From: Candidatus Omnitrophota bacterium
Lineage (GTDB): Bacteria; Omnitrophota; Gorgyraeia; Zapsychrales; Fredricksoniimonadaceae
Reading direction: 5' to 3'
Assembly: GCA_037141995.1 (NCBI GenBank)
Contig: JBAXBM010000001.1
Span: forward strand, 1-32,987
Length of the DNA stretch: 32,987 nt
Of this stretch, positions 26,927 through 32,987 are shown in pieces; position 1 is the stretch's first letter; each line of letters starts with the position of its first letter. A program made the translations under genes and the position numbers. A model generated the notes under the pieces. It made no database searches and was not told the DNA's origin. It saw only the letters and a program-made list of their open reading frames with translations.

Positions 26927-29076
26927 GTTTTCATCCCTTAGTATCAATCCTGGCTTCGAGTGTTTGTTTCTTGTTGGCAATTTTTATTGCTTTCAGGTCA
27001 GGTTTTTCAGCTATACGCCGTTCTTTTGCCTGTGTGACAATGCTCATTGCGATCTGGAGTACGTCTCCGTTTGTCTCTTCGTTGTCATTTGAGAAAGACA
27101 TCCTTCTGGTAATTCTCCGCAGCATATATATTTCTGCCATCTTTGTCCCTACAGGATTTTTTATTTTTATGTCCCAGCTTCTTGATCTGGGGCAGCACAA
27201 AACGACCAGAACCATTCTTATTAGTTCATTTTTTGTATCTTTGATATTTTTATCTATTAGCCTTTCGCCACTGTTTATCCGTGATCTCAGAGTTAATCAT
27301 TATGGTTTCGGCATTATTCCGGGGACGTTTTATCCTTTTTTTATTGCTTACTTTGCTTTCATGTATTTTTTTGCTTCTATTAAACTTTTAGAACGCTATA
27401 TTTCAGCAAAAGAAGCCAGGAAAAATCAATTGCTGTACATTGGGGTTGCTTTTACCATGGCGTTTGTCAGCGGATTGATCCATTTCCTTGCTTCGTATGG
27501 TGTCTCTGAAGTATTTCCTCATGACATCCTGGTTGCGGCCTATAGTCTTTTGATGGCGTATGCGATTGTCAAATTTCGCCTCCTTGATATTTCTGTGGCA
27601 TTCACCAAACTCGGTGTGTTTTTGATTGTGTACACGCTAGTTTTAGGAATCCCTTTTATCATAGGGTTTAAATATCCTGATCGATGGCTTTTACCTGTTA
27701 CGACTATGGCTGTTTTAGCGACTGTAGGGCCATTTGTATATTTGTATCTTCAAAAAAGGATTGAAGAACGTTTGTTGCAGGAACAGCGCCGTTATCAGGC
27801 TACATTGCGGCAGGCATCTGCGGGTATGGGGCGTATCCGGGACCTTAAGAAGCTTCTAAATTTAATTGTTTTTATTCTGGCACGCGTGGTCCGACTGGAT
27901 CATGCCATGATTTATTTCATTGATCGTAATATCGGGGAATTTCGTCTGGCAGCGTCCCGGCGTATGCGTCAGCAGGGTGTGTTAAGGGCTACCTTAGATC
28001 CCATGTCGCCTGTTGTGAAATATTTTTCATCTGTTTCTTTGCCATTGGTCCGTGATGAAGTCAATCAAAGGTCGCGCCAGGAAAGAGACGCTGGTTTTGT
28101 AGCTATTGAAACGGCCATGGAAGAATTGGACGCGGAGGTTATTTTTCCTATTTATATACGTACTAATATCGTTGCGATTGTTTTGATGGGGAAAAAATTT
28201 AATGGCCGGAATTATACGGAAGATGATCTTAATGTTTTTTCTATCCTTTCCAATCAAGCGTCTTTAGCCATTGAGAATGCTTTATCCTATGAAGATATGA
28301 AAAAAACTCAGGAAAAGCTATTCAAGGCTGAAAAGATGGCAACAATCGGTACTATGGCTGACGGACTTTCACACCAGATCAACAATCGCTTGCACGCGAT
28401 GGGTTTTATCGCAAGCGATATGCTTGATACGCTAAAATTACGACGTGATTTCTTTTCAACTGACGAACTCAAACCTCTTCTTAAAGAATTTGAGCATTCG
28501 TTATTTCGTATTCAAGATAATGTGATGCGGGGAGGAGAGATTGTTCAGGGGCTTATGCGTTATACGCGGAAAGGAGAAGAAGGTTTTGCCGCCTATAGCA
28601 TTGATGATATTATCCGTAGTTCTTACGAAATGGCGCAATTTAAAATAAGTTCTTTTGAATTTAAATTAAAGAAAGCATTTGATCCAGCCGCGATTTCCCG
28701 CGTCCGCGGTAATTTCACACAACTACAAGAAGTTTTTTTTAATCTTATTGACAATGCTTATGATGCCACTGTTCAGCGAAAAGCGGAGTTGAAAGAACCA
28801 AATTATCTTGGTGAGCTAACTGTTCACGTGAGTGAAATTAACGGATTACTTGAAATTATTTTTTCTGATAACGGGATTGGGATTAAATCTACTGATATGG
28901 AGAAGCTTTTTACGCCTTTTTTCACGACGAAGGCAACGACAAAAAAAGGAACGGGTCTTGGTTTGTATGTGATTCGTAAAATTATTGAAGATAATCATGG
29001 CGGCAAGGTTGAAATGAATTCGACTTATGGGCAAGGGACAAAAATTACCATTTATTTGACAGCTAGCAAGGGATAA
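26923..29076 (+). CDS. Sensor histidine kinase: N-terminal 7TM-type sensor, GAF, HisKA, HATPase_c; paralog of 17397-19478
   Basis: About 7 N-terminal TM helices. GAF end (…IVLMGKKFNGRNYTEDDLNVFSILSNQASLAIENA). H-box GLSHQINN, N-box NLIDNAYDA, G-boxes DNGIGI and GTGLGL. The start overlaps the SDR stop (ATGA). Confidence 0.87.
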   Translation: MSFHPLVSILASSVCFLLAIFIAFRSGFSAIRRSFACVTMLIAIWSTSPFVSSLSFEKDILLVILRSIYISAIFVPTGFFIFMSQLLDLGQHKTTRTILISSFFVSLIFLSISLSPLFIRDLRVNHYGFGIIPGTFYPFFIAYFAFMYFFASIKLLERYISAKEARKNQLLYIGVAFTMAFVSGLIHFLASYGVSEVFPHDILVAAYSLLMAYAIVKFRLLDISVAFTKLGVFLIVYTLVLGIPFIIGFKYPDRWLLPVTTMAVLATVGPFVYLYLQKRIEERLLQEQRRYQATLRQASAGMGRIRDLKKLLNLIVFILARVVRLDHAMIYFIDRNIGEFRLAASRRMRQQGVLRATLDPMSPVVKYFSSVSLPLVRDEVNQRSRQERDAGFVAIETAMEELDAEVIFPIYIRTNIVAIVLMGKKFNGRNYTEDDLNVFSILSNQASLAIENALSYEDMKKTQEKLFKAEKMATIGTMADGLSHQINNRLHAMGFIASDMLDTLKLRRDFFSTDELKPLLKEFEHSLFRIQDNVMRGGEIVQGLMRYTRKGEEGFAAYSIDDIIRSSYEMAQFKISSFEFKLKKAFDPAAISRVRGNFTQLQEVFFNLIDNAYDATVQRKAELKEPNYLGELTVHVSEINGLLEIIFSDNGIGIKSTDMEKLFTPFFTTKATTKKGTGLGLYVIRKIIEDNHGGKVEMNSTYGQGTKITIYLTASKG

Positions 29077-29107
29077 CATTTTAGTGTTCAAATTATTATA
29101 AAGATGA

Positions 29108-29134
29108 TTGAAAATAAATGATTTGTATTATAAT
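29108..29134 (+). promoter_or_regulatory. Sigma70-like promoter candidate (TTGAAA-15nt-TATAAT) ending 6 nt before the receiver-A ATG
   Basis: TTGAAA at 29108-29113 and TATAAT at 29129-29134, with the ATG at 29141. No Shine-Dalgarno is visible. The same arrangement is conserved at 30114-30140 before ATG 30147. The 15-nt spacer is shorter than optimal. Confidence 0.45.
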
Positions 29135-29140
29135 AAGTAT

Positions 29141-29506
29141 ATGTCCAAACTGTTAATTGTTGATGATGAACTTGATGTGCGGGAATTCGCTCGCAATTTT
29201 TTCCGTAAGCGAGGTCTTGAGGTTGGTGTGGCTTCAACATGCCTTGAGGCGTTACAGGCCATAGAAACAATGCTGCCTGATCTTATACTTTTGGATATCC
29301 GCATGGGAGAGAATTCAGGTGTTGATGTCTTGCGGGAATTGCGCCGTCGTCATAATCCTGTGAAGGTTGTCATGGTTTCAGGGATTGAGGACGAACAAAT
29401 TGTTAAAGAAACACTTGCCCTGGGGGTTTTAGGTTTTATACATAAACCACTTATCCTTGAAGAGCTTGAGAAAGTTGTTTTACGTGAATTTTCATCATTA
29501 TTATGA
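29141..29506 (+). CDS. Stand-alone CheY-like response-regulator receiver, copy A
   Basis: LLIVDDE acidic pocket, phospho-acceptor Asp in LILLDIRMG, and conserved Lys in IHKP. There is no output domain. An alternative TTG start at 29108 is not excluded. Confidence 0.85.
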   Translation: MSKLLIVDDELDVREFARNFFRKRGLEVGVASTCLEALQAIETMLPDLILLDIRMGENSGVDVLRELRRRHNPVKVVMVSGIEDEQIVKETLALGVLGFIHKPLILEELEKVVLREFSSLL

Positions 29507-30048
29507 GCATAAAGATTGATTATAAAAAAGAATTGGAAGCGCTGAGAAAAGACATGATGCATGACCATGTTTCGTTGATTAATTTCCTCGTCGGTAAAGC
29601 GGGGGTGAAACATGCGGGGATTATTCTTTTTGAATCAAGTGTGGATTCATATGTTTTAACTGCGTCGCAAGGCGAGACGGGTGACCGTATTCCTGAAGGG
29701 TTTCTCCGTTTTGAAAAAACACACCCCCTCATTCATATTTTTTATCATAAAGAATATAAATATCTGATGGCCGGACGCACTGCATTACTTTTTGATGATA
29801 TTGACCGCATGATTTGGCATGAATCATTCTTTGGACAAAATATTGATTCGCGTGAAATTTTACAAAATGTTCGAGAACAAATGCCGATGTTTAACAGTGT
29901 GGCTTGTGTTCCAGCTTTTTATCGTCATCAGTTGGTAGCTGTTTTGCTTTTAGGATCAAAACTCGATAATACGCGCTTTGAACAGGATGAATTAGATTTC
30001 TTTTCTGCGTTGGCTTCTAATATGGCGGTTGCTATTTATAATACATAG
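29503..30048 (+). CDS. GAF-domain-only protein; truncated paralog of the N-terminus of the 30509-31693 product
   Basis: It aligns along its whole length with residues 1 to about 187 of the GAF-HD-GYP protein (…GETGDRIPEGFLRFEK…DDIDRMIWHES…NSVACVPAFYRHQL-AVLLLG…EQDELDFFSALAS). It terminates where the paralog continues into the linker and HD-GYP domain. ATGA overlap with receiver A. Confidence 0.75.
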   Translation: MSIKIDYKKELEALRKDMMHDHVSLINFLVGKAGVKHAGIILFESSVDSYVLTASQGETGDRIPEGFLRFEKTHPLIHIFYHKEYKYLMAGRTALLFDDIDRMIWHESFFGQNIDSREILQNVREQMPMFNSVACVPAFYRHQLVAVLLLGSKLDNTRFEQDELDFFSALASNMAVAIYNT

Positions 30049-30113
30049 TTTTTTACGTTTTTTTGTGTTTTTCTGTCTAACTGTATTTTGATTGTATTTT
30101 TCTTCAAAGAAGA

Positions 30114-30140
30114 TTGAAAATAAAGGATTTGTATTATAAT
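30114..30140 (+). promoter_or_regulatory. Sigma70-like promoter candidate before receiver B (duplicate of 29108-29134)
   Basis: TTGAAA at 30114-30119 and TATAAT at 30135-30140, with the ATG at 30147. No Shine-Dalgarno is visible. Confidence 0.45.
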
Positions 30141-30146
30141 ACTTAT

Positions 30147-30512
30147 ATGTCCAAACTGTTAATTGTTGATGATGAACTTGATGTGCGTGAATTCGCGCGG
30201 AACTTTTTTCGCAAGCGTGGTCTTGATGTTTCAGTTGCCTCAACATGTCTTGAGGCATTGCAAGCTATAGAAACAACGCTGCCTGATCTTATTCTTTTGG
30301 ATATCCGTATGGGAGAGAATTCAGGTGTTGATGTCTTGCGTGAATTGCGTCGTCGTAATAACCCTGTGAAAGTTGTTATGGTTTCAGGGATCGAAGATGA
30401 ACATATTGTTCAAGAAACACTTGCGATGGGTGTTTTAGGTTTTATTCATAAGCCACTGATCCTGGAAGAGCTTGAAAAAGTAGTTTTGCGTGAATTCTCA
30501 TTCCAATCATGA
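30147..30512 (+). CDS. Stand-alone CheY-like response-regulator receiver, copy B
   Basis: By hand alignment it has about 10 differences from copy A over 121 residues. The receiver motifs are the same. Confidence 0.85.
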   Translation: MSKLLIVDDELDVREFARNFFRKRGLDVSVASTCLEALQAIETTLPDLILLDIRMGENSGVDVLRELRRRNNPVKVVMVSGIEDEHIVQETLAMGVLGFIHKPLILEELEKVVLREFSFQS

Positions 30513-31693
30513 CAATAAAGATTGATTATAAAAAAGAATTGGAAACGGCCAGCAAAGGCATGATCATGATACATGATCATGTGTTTTTAATTAAATTGCT
30601 TGTTCGCATGATTGTGCGTAAGGCCAAGCTCAGGCATGCAGGGATGATCCTTTTTGAACCCACCCTGGAATCATATGTTTTGGCTGTTTCCAGGGGGGAA
30701 ACCGGAGATCGTATCCCTGAAGGATTTCTTCGTTTTGAAAAAAACCATCCGATTATTCGCATTTTTCATCAAAAAGAATATAAATATCTGATCGATAGCC
30801 GTAATGCACTCGTCTTTGACGATATTGACCGTATGATTTGGCATGAGTCCGTTTTAGGGTCAGCCAACGGTTCACGTGAGATTTTACGGGATGTCAGTGA
30901 GCAAATGCCCATGCTTAACAGTGTGGCGTGCGTCCCAGCCTTTTATCGTCATCAATTGTTAGCTGTTTTGCTTCTTGGCGCTAAACATGATGGGACACGG
31001 CTTGAACAGGATGAATTGGATTTCTTTTCTGCATTGGCTTCTGATGTGGCGATGGCGATACGTAATGCGCAATTATTTGAAGGCCTTCAACAGGAGGCTG
31101 CGCATAGCCGAAACCTTTTTATTCAGACAACAATCGCATTTGGGTCATTTATTGAAGCCAAGGATAGTTATACGCATGGGCACACGGAACGTGTGACAAA
31201 ATATGCTCAAAAAATTGCCCGGCGTATGGCGGCCAACGGCACGTTAAACGTAACAGAAAAGTTTTTTGAGAATCTTCATATCGCCAGCCTTTTGCATGAT
31301 ATTGGTAAAATAGGTATTCCGGAATCAATTCTTGCCAAGAAAAATAATTTGACGTCGGATGAATATGAGGTGATGAAAACGCATGCCGCACGGGGAGCAG
31401 ATATCCTGGCGACGCTTCCTGATTTTAAAGGCTGTATTGATGGCGTTAGGCATCATCATGAAAAATTTGATGGCTCAGGATATCCTGATGCTCTTAAAGG
31501 CAATGATATTCCGATGATATCAGCTATTATCGCGGTTGCAGACACTTTTGATGCCATGACGACAGATCGGCCCTATCGGATTGGACTTTCAAGAGAATAT
31601 GCCATAGAGGAAATAGAGCGTTATGCCGGCGTCTGGTATCATCCAGCGCCTGTTACAGCTATTACAGAATTGTTCCAAGAAGGTGATATTTAG
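30509..31693 (+). CDS. GAF-HD-GYP domain protein (predicted c-di-GMP phosphodiesterase)
   Basis: N-terminal GAF domain, then HD-GYP signatures: HGHTERV, LLHDIGKIGIP, HHEKFDGSGYP and DTFDAMTTDRPYR. ATGA overlap with receiver B. Confidence 0.88.
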   Translation: MTIKIDYKKELETASKGMIMIHDHVFLIKLLVRMIVRKAKLRHAGMILFEPTLESYVLAVSRGETGDRIPEGFLRFEKNHPIIRIFHQKEYKYLIDSRNALVFDDIDRMIWHESVLGSANGSREILRDVSEQMPMLNSVACVPAFYRHQLLAVLLLGAKHDGTRLEQDELDFFSALASDVAMAIRNAQLFEGLQQEAAHSRNLFIQTTIAFGSFIEAKDSYTHGHTERVTKYAQKIARRMAANGTLNVTEKFFENLHIASLLHDIGKIGIPESILAKKNNLTSDEYEVMKTHAARGADILATLPDFKGCIDGVRHHHEKFDGSGYPDALKGNDIPMISAIIAVADTFDAMTTDRPYRIGLSREYAIEEIERYAGVWYHPAPVTAITELFQEGDI

Positions 31694-31703
31694 GAGGTAG
31701 TTT

Positions 31704-32699
31704 ATGTCATTTGAAGGAATTGCGCTAATCAATGAAAAAGTGAAGAAAGAAAGTGTTTTTATTCAAGCTGTTATGCTTGAAATGCAAAAAATTCTTATCG
31801 GCCAGCGAGCGCTTGTAGAACGTTTAATGGTTGGCATCCTTGCCAATGGGCATATCCTTATTGAAGGTGTTCCCGGTTTAGCAAAAACAACGGCTGTTAA
31901 AGCATTAGCTGACACATTTCAGGCGAAGTTTCAGCGCATTCAGTTTACTCCTGACATGCTTCCGGCTGATCTTATAGGGACATTAATATATGACCAGCGG
32001 ACATCTGGATTTTCTGTGAAACGAGGGCCGGTATTTGCCAATATTATTCTGGCAGATGAAATTAACCGTGCTCCGGCAAAAGTGCAGAGTGCCCTTCTTG
32101 AAGCAATGCAGGAACGGCAAGTGACAATTGGTGAAGATACCATGAAACTTGACGAGCCGTTTTTAGTGTTGGCCACTCAAAATCCTATCGAACAGGAAGG
32201 CACATATCCGCTGCCTGAGGCTCAAGTAGACCGTTTTATGCTTAAAGTTAAAGTCAGTTATCCCAGCAAAGAAGAGGAGCTGTTGATCCTACGCCGTATG
32301 GGCAATACAGGAAGGCCTATTATCCTTAACTGTATCGCTTCCCTGAATGATATCTTGCGAGCCCGTAAAGTGGTGGATGAGGTTTATATGGATGAGAAAA
32401 TCGAACATTACATTGTAGACATTGTTGAAGCAACGCGTTCACCTGAAAAGTATTCTTTGGCGGATTTAAAGCCTCTTATTTTATACGGAGCAAGTCCAAG
32501 AGCGACTATCAATCTTGCGATTGCTTCCCGGGCACATGCTTTTCTCCAAGGGCGCGGTTATGTAACACCGCAGGATGTGAAAACAATAGGGATGGATGTG
32601 TTACGTCATCGTGTGGCACCCAGCTATGAAGCCGAGGCGGAGAATCTTTCATCTGAAAATATAGTAACGCGTATTTTTGATCAGGTTCAGGTTCCATAA
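31704..32699 (+). CDS. MoxR-family AAA+ ATPase
   Basis: Walker A GVPGLAKT, Walker B ILADEINRA, QNPIEQEGTYPLPEAQ-DRF, and GASPRA in the lid. GGAGG SD in the 10-nt gap after the HD-GYP gene. Confidence 0.92.
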   Translation: MSFEGIALINEKVKKESVFIQAVMLEMQKILIGQRALVERLMVGILANGHILIEGVPGLAKTTAVKALADTFQAKFQRIQFTPDMLPADLIGTLIYDQRTSGFSVKRGPVFANIILADEINRAPAKVQSALLEAMQERQVTIGEDTMKLDEPFLVLATQNPIEQEGTYPLPEAQVDRFMLKVKVSYPSKEEELLILRRMGNTGRPIILNCIASLNDILRARKVVDEVYMDEKIEHYIVDIVEATRSPEKYSLADLKPLILYGASPRATINLAIASRAHAFLQGRGYVTPQDVKTIGMDVLRHRVAPSYEAEAENLSSENIVTRIFDQVQVP

Positions 32700-32721
32700 G
32701 TTTTATTCCCCAGGTCCTGTT

Positions 32722-32987
32722 ATGATCCCCAAAGATATTCTTGATAAAATCCGCCGGATCGAGATCACAACCAACCGCCTTGTCACGGATGTGTTCGCCG
32801 GTCAATATCATAGCGTGTTTAAAGGGCGGGGGATGGAATTCGATGAAGTACGGGCTTATCTGCCCGGCGATGATGTGCGGAGTATTGATTGGAATGTTAC
32901 GGCGCGCACCGGTGTCCCGCATGTGAAAAAATTCGTCGAAGAGAGAGAAATGACGGTCATGGTACTTGTTGACGCATCCCCATCATG
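32722..32987 (+). CDS. DUF58-family protein (vWA-like MoxR partner), N-terminal part; runs off the window
   Basis: My translation from ATG 32722 is MIPKDILDKIRRIEITTNRLVTDVFAGQYHSVFKGRGMEFDEVRAYLPGDDVRSIDWNVTARTGVPHVKKFVEERE…. This is the conserved DUF58 N-terminal signature. The ORF is still open at the window end, and it is not in the supplied ORF track. Confidence 0.85.
   Translation, partial: MIPKDILDKIRRIEITTNRLVTDVFAGQYHSVFKGRGMEFDEVRAYLPGDDVRSIDWNVTARTGVPHVKKFVEEREMTVMVLVDASPS

Larger units (their letters stand above)
29101..30045 (+). repeat. Tandem segmental duplication, unit A (promoter-like region + receiver + GAF module)
   Basis: Colinear with 30107-31069. The offset is 1006 nt at the 5' end and 1024 nt at the 3' end, because unit B has an 18-nt indel in the GAF N-terminus. 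A unique T-rich junction of about 60 nt (30046-30106) separates the units. Confidence 0.85.
30107..31069 (+). repeat. Tandem segmental duplication, unit B
   Basis: See unit A. Similarity ends near codon 187 of the GAF-HD-GYP gene (…AMAIRNA), which is where unit A has its stop codon. Confidence 0.85.

Noticed and set aside
30046-30106. T-rich junction between the duplication units as a terminator, including the small TCTTC-AAA-GAAGA hairpin near 30101-30113.
   Set aside because: The stem is only 5 bp, the element is not conserved in unit A, and no GC-rich stem precedes the T-tracts. Evidence for a terminator is insufficient.
29088-30258. Two antisense ORFs (29088-29270 and 29992-30258) that share a near-identical peptide (…PAHQVHHQQLTVWTY-YYNTN…). 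This could be mistaken for a repeated small gene.
   Set aside because: The shared peptide is simply the reverse-frame image of the duplicated receiver N-terminus and promoter region. The sense-strand receiver genes explain the conservation.
1-32987. Mobile elements, prophage or defence islands, CRISPR arrays, tRNA or rRNA genes.
   Set aside because: I saw no transposase, integrase or recombinase-like ORF, no terminal inverted repeats and no short regularly spaced repeats. No tRNA-like sequences appear in the few intergenic regions. The only sizeable repeat is the receiver-GAF tandem duplication.

Overview
This 33 kb window looks like a chromosomal segment of a diderm (Gram-negative-type) bacterium using the standard code. 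It is densely coded. I call 34 CDS, and all but two are on the + strand. I found no tRNA, rRNA, CRISPR array, transposase or integrase.

Most of the window is housekeeping synteny:
- A partial RND efflux permease, then trmD-rplS-rnhB-yraN.
- recG.
- rsmD-coaD-yceD-rpmF-plsX-fabH-fabD.

Envelope and proteolysis genes are interspersed:
- An OmpA/LysM protein.
- A secreted two-module M16 peptidase.
- An orphan T2SS/T4P-type ATPase.
- CorA.
- A ferredoxin-nitroreductase fusion.
- LemA plus an M48 protease with two C-terminal zinc ribbons.

The most unusual part is 24.3-33.0 kb. The fab operon stops after fabD and is followed by a same-strand, tightly packed cluster:
- A FadL-type outer-membrane channel.
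- A thioester-reductase-like SDR.
- A 7TM-GAF histidine kinase, whose start overlaps the SDR stop in ATGA.
- A diverged tandem duplication of about 1 kb. It gives [CheY-like receiver + GAF-only protein] followed by [CheY-like receiver + GAF-HD-GYP phosphodiesterase].
- MoxR and DUF58.

I flag this cluster as a candidate uncharacterised lipid/envelope-linked c-di-GMP signalling module. That reading is inference, not demonstrated.

Other points worth checking:
- A +1 frameshift in plsX at a GGGG run.
- A pyruvate kinase that lacks the C-terminal domain and whose stop overlaps the start of a second, paralogous 7TM-GAF kinase.
- Leaderless-mRNA geometry conserved in front of both receiver genes.
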